The position numbers were made by a program, and so were the translations under genes. The notes below the pieces were generated by a model that saw only the letters and a list, made by a program, of their open reading frames with translations, did not search any database and was not told the DNA's origin. From Octopus sinensis (Eukaryota): a DNA stretch of 64,000 nt. The DNA is taken from the NCBI RefSeq assembly GCF_006345805.1, contig NC_043015.1, forward strand, positions 49,972,001 to 50,036,000. Reading direction: 5' to 3'. Positions 41,616-53,350 of this stretch are shown piece by piece; the stretch's first letter is position 1, and every line of letters starts with the position of its first letter.

Positions 41616-41734
41616 CTGTAATCTTTATGAAGCACAAAACCTTTTTTTAGGCTTTCACATACCGCAATTGTGTAAATTAATCTCAGAGTCTTGGGTTAAT
41701 TTCAAAACAAGGTACCCAAAGTATATATATTCAA
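41616..41734 (-). other. Probable 5'UTR (non-coding) exon of the minus-strand gene
   Basis: Acceptor attttctgttttacag and donor CAG|GTAAAT flank a 119-nt unique, non-repeat segment; no convincing ORF. Confidence 0.5.
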
Positions 41735-43849
41735 CTGTAAAACAGAAAATAGTAACATATTAAAAGATGACAATAACAATATATTTATGAGACATTCAAT
41801 GTTACTTTAAATGAGAATATATAAACAGTCTTGTTGACAGAGCAAGGAAAATCTCTTAGTGACATAAGCTTACATTTGATCAGAGACATCTCAACCTGAC
41901 TCGTGGCATTCAAAACAAAAGCCCACGTGGGTGAATTAAAGGACAAGCTACAAGATAATGACCAAAAACTTATCAGTGATGCCATTTTCAAATTTTGTGA
42001 TTTGTTTATTTCAAAAGCACAGGTACAGGAACAAGGATCAAATAGCCGTAAACTGCAAATTTCTATCTTGCCGTAGCAGAATGTATGAGAAGGGGCAACA
42101 ACATCAACTGTGATCCTGTAGCAATGGAATCAACTGTGTGTGTGCTTTTAATTGCAATATATAGAAGAAAGAAAAGGGACAAGTTCACATAAAACTTGTG
42201 CTTGCCATGCGACTGGCAGTTTTTTAACTATTTAAACAAATGTACAGCATTTGTTATATATTGCTTTGGAGTTCAATACACTACAAGCTAAATGAATTGA
42301 TTCCAGTTCTTTTTTTCAAAACCACTAAAGTACAGGACATAAACAAACCAACACTGATTATCAAGCAGTGATGGGAGACAACACACACACACATATATAT
42401 ATATCATCGTTTAGCATCCGCTTTCCAAGCTGGAATGGGTTGGACGGTTCAACTGGGGTCTGAGAAGCCAGAAGGCTGCACCAGGCCCAGTCTGATCTGG
42501 CAATGTTCCTATGGCTGGATGCCCTTCCTAACACCAACCACTCCATGAGTGTAGTGGGTGCTTTTTACGTGCCACCGGCACAGGTGTCAGACGAGGCTGG
42601 CAAACGGCCACGATCGGATGGTGCTTTTTATGTGCTGCCGGCATGGAGGCCAGGCGAATACATATATACAAACAGGTGTCTTTCAGTTATCATCTACCAA
42701 TTCTACTCGAGACTTTGGTTGGCTGGGGCTATAGTTGAAGACATCTGGCCCAAGGTGCCATGCAGTGGGACTGAACTCAGAGCCATGAGGCTGGGAAGTA
42801 AACTTCTTACCATACAGCTACATCTGCACCTATAAAGGATTCAGTTTCTATTAAGCATTATCCAAAATAGGTGGGGGGGGGATCAGCTGATAAATTTACT
42901 CCTTTCTGTTTTTTACAATTTGATTGACTTTACTGTATGTTGGTAATTTCCGAGAAACTGGGGTCTCAACTCAAACTATAGTTCTTAGTTAAATCATTTC
43001 AATATTTATGTAATTCTGAAACAGAAAATTATGATCACAATTTCCTCATTTCTTCTACTCTATAAAACAAATTTCATTCCAAACTATAGAAAATAAAAAC
43101 AAAAAAAAAGCTATTATTGTATCTGTGTGTTATATTTAAAAATAGCATTTCTAATCTACACCTCTCTAGGCTGTCTACCATATCTAATACCGATTAGCAA
43201 ATATAGATAATGCTTTTATGAATCAACAGAATCCATAGAACCAAAATACGAAGCCTGATGTCTGTGGCAGTAAGATGATATAACATGTACCACTTTCTGG
43301 AGGAACTGAAGAGGAACTCTCTATATAATCACTCAGCCTGCTAACAATAGCAGCTAAATTTCAATTACTACTTTTGTTTAAAAGGAGTAGGCTCAAAGGC
43401 ATTTCATGAATAGGGTACTTTTAATGATAGCACTGCTTGACTATCACTGACCTGGGGTTAAATAACTACAACTTATTTCCAGCAAGACAAACTGATGTAT
43501 GCCAAATTGAATGCCCAAACCAGATACTATAAACCAAGTGCTTACAATAGGTTACCATCTTGACCATCTTGCTTATAAGGCAACATGTTTCTACAATGGT
43601 TTATAATGGAACCAATAGCAATGAAGGTTTTGACAGCACCACCTATAAAATTACACCTGTTAATATACCATCATCATCATTTAACATTTGTTTTTCCATG
43701 CTGGCATCGGTTGGACAGCTTAACAAGAACTGGCAAGGTCAGGTTCCACACCAGGTTCCACAGTCTGTTTTGGTCTGGCTTCTACAGCTGGATACTTTCC
43801 CTCGTACCAACCACTTTACAGAGTAAACTGGGTGCTTTTTATATGGTAC

Positions 43850-44135
43850 CCTCACCAGTGCATTTTATGTGACACTAACACCAGTACATTTTACTTGGGA
43901 CTAGCACCAGTGCTTTTTACATGACACCAGCAATGTGCTTCTTACATAGCACAAGCACCAATGCATTTTATGTGGCAGCAGCACTAGTGCTTCTCACATG
44001 GCACAAGCACTGTGCTTATGTGGCACCAGCACCAGTGCTTTTCACGTGACACCAGCACTAGTGCTTCTTATGTGGCACCAGCACTTTTTATATGGCACTG
44101 TGCTTCTTACATGGCACCAGCACCGGTGCTTTTTA
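43850..44135. repeat. Minisatellite (~26-bp unit caccagcaccagtgcttttacatgg) expanded inside a family C element
   Basis: About ten degenerate tandem units without unique spacers. Confidence 0.85.
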
Positions 44136-45135
44136 AGTAGTACTTCGGTTTTAGGATATCAATTCTGTAGTGGTGGGCGAGTCTTCTTAAGCACAGCAGT
44201 GTGCCACATACCTCGGTCCTCTGTCATCTCCTTCATAAAGCTCAGTGCTTTGAGGTTAACCTTTAATACTGATATTCTTATATCAATTACCATCAAGTCT
44301 TGTTAATTGTCATCATCATCATTTAAAATCTGTTTTCCATGTTAGCATGGGCTGGATGGTTTGACAGGAGCTGGCAAGTCAGAGAGCTGCACCAGTCTTC
44401 AAATATCCGTTTTGGCATAGTTTCTGTGGCTGGATGCCTTTCCTAACACCAACCATTTCCCAGAGTGTACTGGGTACTTTTTGCATGGCACCAGCACTTT
44501 TGTAATGTGCAAATAAGCAAACTTCAGAGTATAAGCAACTGTGAAGTAGCTATTAAAATAACAATGGTAGGCAAGACAATATGACACTGAACTTTAATAC
44601 TAGATAGAATGGCCTTGTGTAAAAATTTGAAACTGATATTAGGCATCAGAGTGGAACCTACATAACAATGATGCTCCAAAGTATGGCTTCGAGATCAAAC
44701 CCTGCCAAAACCATTTTTATCTTTCACCTATAAGGGGCTCCAAAGCTAAGTACCAATAATATATCGGATCAATACCCTTCCTGTAAAAAGTTTAAAATTC
44801 AACCTTGGTTCTAATGTAAAGAATTAAGGTTAGGATTCAGATGAAATGCTGGATGAATTTAGATGAAACTTTCAGGGATGTTTGGCCTCATGACTGGCAC
44901 AAACTGATTAGATTTTGGGATCAATCCAGTACTGGACAACCCAAATCTTAACCCATAGAATCATAGTACCAAATTCTTGGTTTACTTGCAAATAATTCAA
45001 GAGATAAGGAGAGGAGGGAGGGTGGGATACTTAGTTAATTATTAACAATAATCTGATATCTAGCTATCTTAAAACTATTTTTTTAGGTTAAAATAATGGT
45101 GAAATTTCATTTGTTGAGAGCTGCCAACATGGAAA

Positions 45136-45518
45136 TCTCTCTCTATATAAACGGCAGTTTGTCTGTGCGTTTTCTGTGTGTCTGTTTTCTCGTACCCTCA
45201 CTCTGACCACGGCTTTCAACCGATTCTGATGAAACTTGACACACACATAGCCCAATGTCATAATTCAAAACTAACGCAGCGAAAATTTTGAAAAGTTCCC
45301 CCAGTTCTGAAAAAAATCGATAAATTCGACATGGGGTCAAGAATCAGAAACCCAAACCACAGACCGTCTAGGGGACGCAACTCCATCTTTTTTAACTCTC
45401 AAAAAAATTTACCATCATTTTTTTTCCATTTTTTTGCTATTTTTTGGCTATAACTCTCTAAAAATGCTTTATAGTTATTTCCCTTACAAACCTGAGCAAC
45501 GCCGGGCAATACTGCTAG
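45136..45518 (+). mobile_element. Non-autonomous Helitron
   Basis: A|TC 5' end, subterminal hairpin cctgagcaacgccggg, CTAG|T 3' end, no TSD. Confidence 0.8.
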
Positions 45519-45885
45519 TATTAGATAAGATGTATTTACCAGTAAACTTTAGAACAAGAGCAGCAGATCAGTTGTGTGTATGCATTTATATATGCGGGAG
45601 ATGTACTCAATAAAATGTCTTTTACTGGTTCAGAGTTGATGATTTATTCTGCCACTACACCAAGCTTCTTGTTTTTTATGCATTCATTCATGCCATACAC
45701 ACACACACACACATGTATATATAACACCATAAAGTCAGGAGGTATGAGACGTGAATATATATTTATTTAATCATGTGATTTCCACAGGATTACTACAGTT
45801 TTGCAACCTGTGTGGACTGTTATCCGAGTCCATAAGAGGAGCTTTTTGTGATATCCACATTTTAAACTCTCTCTATATATATATA

Positions 45886-46031
45886 TAAAGTATAGAAGCC
45901 ATCTTATCATGGCTAACCACATTGGGGAGGGGGGTGTTACTCCCCAATGTGGTTAGCCATGATAAGATGGCTTCTATACTTTACATTATCGTGCGATTAC
46001 TGTTTCAATCTCATTCTGAGATTTAATTATG
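45886..46031. mobile_element. Palindrome plus tail element, copy 2 (centre deleted), in (TA)n
   Basis: Near-identical to 26851-27016 except for loss of ~20 bp at the hairpin apex. Confidence 0.85.
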
Positions 46032-46053
46032 CTATATATATATATATATATAT

Positions 46054-46253
46054 AGTTAATCCAAACAAGAAAACACAAAAAAACACAACAACGTGAGGAC
46101 GTGGAACAAATATAGTATTATTGGACGCTCAGGAAAGAAGGGAAGAAGGAGGGTTTAAAGTTTCGAGCGGAGCTCTTCGTCGGAAACATAGGAGAAGGAA
46201 AGATCCAGAGAAGGGAAGACAGAGGAAAAAAAATCGTCAACGGTACACACGAG

Positions 46254-46256
<3 letters not shown>
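46054..46256 (-). mobile_element. (TA)n-embedded Penelope-like element with degenerate minimal hammerhead (46153-46187)
   Basis: Minus strand GTTT-CCGACGA-A-GAGC tcc GCTC-GAAAC-TTT-AAAC; shares ttcctgagcgt with 15630-15820. Confidence 0.55.
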
Positions 46257-46287
<31 letters not shown>

Positions 46288-46289
46288 AA

Positions 46290-46622
46290 ACCCCCTTTTG
46301 TCATGAATGACCATGGGATTGCACCTAGAAAGTTACCCTCCTAGATACAAGTCCGGGCAAGGTTGTTTATGGAAGACCAGCAGTCGCCCATGCATACCAG
46401 CCTCCCGTCTCCACGCCACCAGTGTTATCCAAGGGAAAGACAAAGGCCGATACAGCTTGGCACCTGTGACGTCGCAACTCATTTCTACAGTTGAGTGAAC
46501 TGGAGCAACGTGAAATAAAGTGCCTTGCTCAAGAACACAACACGCAGCCCGGTCCGGGATTCGAGCTCACAACCTCACGATCGTAAGCTCGACACTCTAA
46601 CCACTGAGCCATGCGCCTTCAC
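46290..46622 (-). mobile_element. tRNA-derived CORE-like SINE (young); older copies ~6480-6775, 17530-18070, 62852-63100
   Basis: Head gtgaaggcgcatggctcagtggttagagtg...ctcgaatccc followed by ttgtgttcttgagcaaggcactt. Confidence 0.8.
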
Positions 46623-47163
46623 CTATATATATATATATATATATATAGGGCAATGATAGAAGGCATCCTGATCCTGGTCCAGGAGATAGTAATGACAAAG
46701 ACTATAAGCCATGAAGGAGAAGAGGAGCATAAATATGATGGCAGAGTGAAAAGGATGAGGTGAAAGACAGGTTATACATGAAGGGGAAGGTGTACTGAAC
46801 ACAAGTAATCCAATGTAGCCTCCTATATGTACAGGCTTTGAGTGATGACAGTGGTGCTGAGAGTAAACAAAAGTGGGTCCTATATAAGTGAACTGCATAA
46901 ATGAGTGTTGGTAAGTGGGTCAGACAAGTGGCACAGAGTACTTAGTGCTTTTCAGGGATATGAATAAATGTTTGGTAAACCTGAAAAGAATCTATTAAAA
47001 TCAGCAGCAACCTGTTATCATTAACATTGATGTGATCCATGAATGAGTTTCAAGATCTTAACTCTTTATGCTACGAATGAAGTTTCTTCCTATGAAAATA
47101 TTTTCATCTCCACTCATTTAAGACATCTGTGTACGTATGTATATATATATATATTATATATAT

Positions 47164-47197
<34 letters not shown>

Positions 47198-47901
47198 CAT
47201 ACATACACATACTTAAACAACATGCAAAGGTACATGAAGCCCAGTTACAACTACAGCCGGCTATTACCAGTAAAGGTTTTAGTTGCCAATTTTGTACAAG
47301 ACATTGTAGATCTTTAACTGGGCTAAAAAGTCACATTCGATCACATTACCAGTAACAGTTAAGCTTCGTGCAATGGCCATACTCGATAACGAGGGGGCAG
47401 CCATAATATATATATATATGACCCCCCCCCCTGGCACTTGTGCAGGTGGCACGTAAAAAGCACCCACTACACTCGCGGAGTGGTTGGCGTTCGGAAGGGC
47501 ATCCAGCCGTAGAAACTCTGCCAGATCAGACTGGAGCCTGGAGCACCCGCTGGCTTCCCAGACCCCGGTCGAACCGTCCAACCCGTGCTAGCGCGGAAAA
47601 CGGACGTTAAACGATGATGATGAGATATATATATATATATATATTTAGTGGAGGATAGCCAGGTTACCATGTTTCAAGCTTTAAATGGCTGCATGTGGCT
47701 ACAATGCAAAAACAGACATCACAAAGAACACTTCAATCATGTGTTTCCCCAGATACTTCATGTAAAATAGCAAGATTATCACTACAAAGAATATCATTTT
47801 TCTAAGTTACATGGCATTGGAGTAGTTACTCTTTTAATTATTCAGGAAATGATTTTATCCAGTTTCATACCTTCACAGTGTTTCCATTGCTACTATCAAC
47901 A

Positions 47902-48257
47902 TTATTACCTCCACCTAAGCGAAGGCAGAAGCATTGTTTTGTTAGTTTGTCCAGGACAAGATATCTCAAGAACTGCTGGATGGATTCAGATGAAACTTTC
48001 AGGGATGTTTGGTCTCATATCTGACATGAACTGATTAGCATTTGGAATCAATCCAGCACTGGACAAGGATTCTGGATTATTTTTCCTGTTTTTTTACTTA
48101 ACTTTTAAGAGTGGTCAGGATCATTTTTAGTATTCTCGTTTGTGAGAGCAGTCGAGTTTATTTCAGATATTCTCATTTCAAAATTCATCCCTGGCTAATC
48201 GTCGACAGGATGTTGGTGTTGCCTTGGCGAAGGTTTGCACTCTCTGAATGCTCTTGT
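47902..48257 (+). mobile_element. Helentron-associated (HINE/DINE-1-like) element; fragments also at ~44835-44940 and 63366-63430(-)
   Basis: 5' ttattacctccacc..gaaggcagaag inverted motif; 3' subTIR ttggcgaaggt and stem-loop gcactctctgaatgc. Confidence 0.65.
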
Positions 48258-49279
48258 CTAGATTAGTTTGTTGCAGTTGTAATCTAAAATGTAGCCATAA
48301 AAGCATGTCAACATAGGGAATATTTCTCTTAACATATAGACACAGGCATGGTTGTATGGTTAAAAAGCTTGCTTCACAACCATGTGGTCTTGGGTTCAAT
48401 CCCACTGCACAGCAACTTGGGCAAGTGTCTTCAACTATAGTCCTGGGCTGACCAAAGCCTAGTGAGTGAATCTAGTAGATGAAAACTGCAAGAAACCCAT
48501 CACACACACACACACGTGTGTGTGTGTGTATGCATGTATGTACCCTTGTCCTAACACCATGTGATGGCAGAAAATAATCATCACTGTAATATAAATGATG
48601 GTACTTGTTTCCTTTCCAGTCTTCCATGGAAAATATTAACTTACTCAGAAATGGGTGAGTATTGGCAACAGGAAGGGCATCCAGCTATAGAAAATTTGTC
48701 TCAACCATGCCAGCATGGAACACTGAACGTTAAATGATGATATATGATATCAAAATCAACTGCTGCCAGTTACATGGCTCCCAAGCATCCCCCAAGACAT
48801 ATCCTTGGGAAATTCTTTGTGTGGATTAAATATGAATTCAAGAAGTTTATGATTATATGAGAAAATGTCTACAATGTAAATTAGGATGTGAACATTTTTG
48901 TGATCTACACAATACCTAAACCAGCCACCCTCTGTCAATATTTGAATAATTAGATTCATCAGCAGTTGACCTTCTTGATAAATATAGGACTAAGTGGTTG
49001 GTTTGCAATAAAACTTCAGACATAGATTGCTCAATAGTTCTGAATGTCAACATGATGCCTATTGGCATCAAATATCCTTAGAACAGGATTCTCAGCAAGA
49101 GCACTATTTTTTGTTTGTAAATTATTAAATGCCTATTACTAATCCTTTGTCGAAGCACAGTCAACATTTTCCTTGCATAATTTCACAAATGGTTCAACTA
49201 TCTCAGCAAATTTTGGTAGGTATCAACCATAAAAATCCAGCAAAGTATAGTATGCGGTCTATCACATTATCAAACTGTA

Positions 49280-50012
49280 TAGCCAGGGTTATCTACCTTA
49301 AACATTCAGCTTGAAAAGGAAACCAATTTTTCCATTATACGGACATTAACAACAAATTAAACTGCAAGCTGAGCTTGAGTGAGATTTTAGAACTAATATT
49401 TTTCTTTGTCAGGGATATACCCATGACTACAGTAGTGACTAACAGGAATATCTAAAATTACAATAATTGACTGGTACAATATGTGCCGTGACGCGTGTGG
49501 GGCCATAGTTTATCATGTACAACAAGGGAAGATTGTTGGAACAAATGATAACCATATTCAGATTGACAAAGCAAAATTTGCCGGTCGGCGAAAACACATT
49601 TGAGGAAGAATGCTGAATGGTGACAACGCTCCTCTCTTCGAAGACAATGATGCAGAACAACGAAACAACAGGAACCATGGACTTAGAACTGATCAGCCAT
49701 GGGTTTTTGGTCTCAAACAAGGCTCAAACTTTTGTGTGGAATGGCATGACAGGAACAATCTGATCCCAATTATTGAAAGAGAATGTGAAAAAGGTTGGTG
49801 CTCCAGCATGGCCGTGGCCTTCGGGCTAATACATTTTTAAGGATTTCATTCATTCAGATGAGTGGCCCACTTATCATAATTTAAATGCCATAGGTTATCA
49901 CCATCTGACAGTGAACCTTCAACAATATTATGTGGATCCAGTGACCAGGGAACATACTCAAGCCACTGAGTGATCATGATTAGATGCTAAAACTATAATT
50001 CTGAAAAAAATG
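49280..50012 (+). pseudogene. Merlin (IS1595/ISXO2-like) transposase remnant interrupted by a small SINE piece (~49797-49846)
   Basis: Translated pieces DWYNMCRDAC, QIDKAKFAGRRKHI*GR, PWVFG, DRNNLIPII, IHSDEWPTY..L...GYHHLTVNLQQYYVDPVTREHTQATE match ISXO2-family motifs. Confidence 0.85.
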
Positions 50013-50938
50013 ATCTCTGAAATATCTGAAAGAAACAGTAGACAATCCTGTTTGATACCATGGTAGACTGCTCCCAGCAAATCTTAAGTCTTTAGCATTC
50101 AGGTTACACATTGTTTTGAATCAATCATGCATTATCTTGAAGCTTCAAAACTCCAATGATGTGACAGCTTATTTTTAGAATGATATTATAACTAGGTGGA
50201 AGAGATCAGATCTGGCCTCTTTGAACATGAACAGGTAGAAGATCTGGGTCTGATATGGCTAGTTTAAATGCTAATGGGTTAAAAGGACTAATTTCTTTTA
50301 TTATTATTGGGGGACATATTTTCTAGAATAAAAGTCAATCTAGTTTTATTACTTTTATTACTTTTTCCGATCTAATAATCATGCCTCTATCTGTCAGTCA
50401 ATTCAGTATAAGATGGGTCTTTTAAGTACAAATCCTCTGAAATAGTTGCACCCAAACACTTCCATGTCCAACATAACAAACCAATAGGGCTGTTAATAGC
50501 ATTGTTATTTCTATCTGAATTCAGTGGTACACAACCACAGAGATCAAATTTCAAATAGATAATGATTATTTATTTTTTGAAATCATTATCTATTTGAATC
50601 TGGTGACACACACCCCAGTGATTGAAGTTGGAAAACAAATACTATCACAGCTAATGTGTCTGAGATGGGTTCAATATTAAAGGTTGGGTAAGAGTCTGAA
50701 TATAAATTTTCCAACTGAATTTCATATTACTACAATAGATAATAACCGCTTGCTACTATCAATTGGAACAAGTTCTAATATGCTTCTCCAACCATTTTTT
50801 GTGATTCAACATCAACTAGTGGAAATATGAATTGGTACTTTAAAGTATTCAAAATATGAAGGAACCACATTTAACAGACATACAATCATTTAACAGACTG
50901 GCATGTTCGAGGCAAAGCAATAGCAAGAATTAATAAGA

Positions 50939-51385
50939 AGTAAAGATTGTTTGCCAACATAACATGGCAGTCCTGGTTTAGGACGAATGTTGCTGTAATT
51001 TAGCCCCAGGAGACATCGTCTCCAGTTAGCTATACTATATGATCTGTGTCTTTATATTTTTTCGAACAAGGGAATCTAGCACCTGCACTCAGGGCAAAAC
51101 AATATCTGTGTATTGCAATTTCCAGGTTATTTCCTTTCATCAGTACAGAATAATTATTCGGCTAGAGGTGGCACTGCCAAATTCCTGTTCGAAATATATA
51201 GTTTTCAAAGTGACAACTAGTCACTGACCTTTAAATTAAAAACTAGGACACAGATTGTGTCATATAATATAAGGATGCAGATCATGTCAAATAACCAGCT
51301 GGAGACGATGTCTCCTGGGGTTAAATTACAGCAACATTTGTCCTAAACCAGAACTGCCATGTTATGTTGGCAAACAATCTTTACT
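50939..51385. mobile_element. Fold-back/MITE-like element with ~90-115-bp terminal inverted repeats
   Basis: agtaaagattgtttgccaacataacatggcag...gtctccag reappears reverse-complemented at 51298-51385. Confidence 0.85.
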
Positions 51386-52721
51386 CCAAAATACTGTAGC
51401 TGAATATCTCTCATTGTGAGATTTACAAATAGTAATTTTCTAAGAATTAATTAGTTTTAAACGAGTTCCAACAGTGCCAGAACTTTTATTTAGTCCACAA
51501 CTACTACTATGGCTCCAACAACACCATGACTTTTATTACAGTCCATGGCCACAATTAGTATAATTTATCACCTGCCTGTTTCAGTTGTTGATCCATCAAA
51601 CTAGAGAAGTAGATGACTTTTGAGAAGTTTTAGTTGACTAATGAGTACCCAAAACCTCCTTGGAATTAAGGTAAACTCAATACTAATATACTCTTGAATA
51701 TCCTAACTGATATTATACAATTTTCCTTGGAGTGGTCCTTGCTTGGTAGTGCAAACATTCTCATTATTAATTTGTCCTATACTTTCCTTTATAAAGCTAC
51801 AAGTGGGTTGTTTTTTTATTTTTTGTTGCTCAATTTGCTTAGTATTCTACATGTATGACATTTTCCAATTAATAAACACATTTATAACCGGAAAATTGTA
51901 TTTTGGAAATTTCTTCCTTTTAGCAACTGGCATTTTTAAGTTCTACTTTCAGAGAAATACTAAGTAATTTTTGTTGTACGAAGCTTAGACAGGCATTGAG
52001 TGACATATTTCCAAACTGTACTTGTTTATCAAACATCCTTGATCTACGGACTGCCTGATCCATACCTTCAACAAGTCTCAGTTGTATTAATTCATGTTCA
52101 TTACTTTACCCAGCTTAACTATGGTTTTTATAAAACTCACAATATCAAACCCAGTTATAAAAGCCAAGCAAAATTTTTACAATGATCTCACATGACTCTT
52201 GACACAGACACATAAACCAGCTTCATTCAGGAACGACCAATTTTATTTTAGGTCACACATTATTCCATATAATCTACTGTATTCTCTGAAACCAAATGAA
52301 CTACAGACCTTATTGTCAGCCTTCCATAAAAATAAATTAACCTTCTTAAGACCACCAAGGTCATTGCTATCTTTCAATTTCTTTCTTCAAGGTGGGAACT
52401 ACAAAACATTATAACCATGTCTTATCAGGATCAGTAAGCGCCAATCAGGTATCCTACTGGCAATGCCATTTGTTGAGGAAAATATTAATTGATAACAATT
52501 CTTTCTACCATAGGCACAAAGCTGAAATTTTAGGGAGGAGAGTTAGTCGATGACATCGACTCCAGTACTTCAAACTGCTGCAGGTTAAGGGACACTTTGA
52601 CTACAGCTGTAGTCCTTCCAGTCTTCTTAGCCACCTGTTACATACTGTTCAGACACCTATATTGCTAGATACACAGATCAGAGGAGGAGATATCATTCAT
52701 ACTAAGGTTTATATATATATA

Positions 52722-53350
52722 TAAAATTAACCAAAGGACATACTAGGTATGTCAACCTGCTTGAAATAACAGTCAAAACTCTTATTATTAAATCACCGAA
52801 AAATACACCGGTGAAAAACTACAGAAATCAAACGAAGGCAAAATCAGGTTAAGATAATCTACTAACATACATTTAAGTATTAAGACTCACGTGGATCGAT
52901 TTCTGCATTGGTAAAGACCTTAGCTTCTTCAGCACGTGTTACCATTATTCAGTTGCAGCACAGACTTCAAAGCGATGGGTTGGGAGTCTCTAATAATGGT
53001 CACACGTGCTGAAGAAGCTAAGGTCTTTACCAATGCAGAAATCGATCCACGTGAGTCCTAATACTTAAATGTATGTTAGTAGATTATCTTAACCTGATTT
53101 TGCCTTCGTTTGATTTCTGTAGTTTTTCACCGGTGTATTTTTCGGCGATTTAATAATAAGAGTTTTGACTTATTTCAAGAAGGTTGACATACCTAGTATG
53201 TCCTTTGATTAATTTTAATCCCTTGGCTATTTAATGCTATTTTTTGGCCTGCTATCGCCTGTGTCATTGATTCTGTTATTATCATTTTTAAAATTGTTAT
53301 ATTGGATAATAATAGAATTAATGACACCTTCGTAAATTAATTTTTAGTGA
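52722..53350 (+). mobile_element. Penelope-like element: ~227-bp inverted arms (52722-52949 / 52992-53217) plus unique tail, flanked by (TA)n
   Basis: Near-perfect inverted repeat with 42-nt spacer; hammerhead motif in each arm. Confidence 0.75.
53003..53053 (+). ncRNA. Minimal type-I hammerhead ribozyme motif (mirror copy 52888-52938 on minus strand)
   Basis: CACGTG-CTGAAGA-[stem II]-GAAA-T CG A-TC-CACGTG: stem I CACGTG/CACGTG, CUGANGA and GAAA core, palindromic stem III ATCGAT, AUC cleavage triplet; stem II is weak. Confidence 0.65.

Noticed and set aside
43850-44135. CRISPR-like array
   Set aside because: Units are contiguous and degenerate with no unique spacers; eukaryotic context, no cas genes
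46540-46622. tRNA gene (also 13120-13200, 61530-61600)
   Set aside because: A/B boxes run directly into SINE bodies; these are tRNA-derived SINE heads
49610-49840. Bacterial insertion sequence or contamination
   Set aside because: Decayed, interrupted by a host SINE piece, consistent with an endogenous Merlin element
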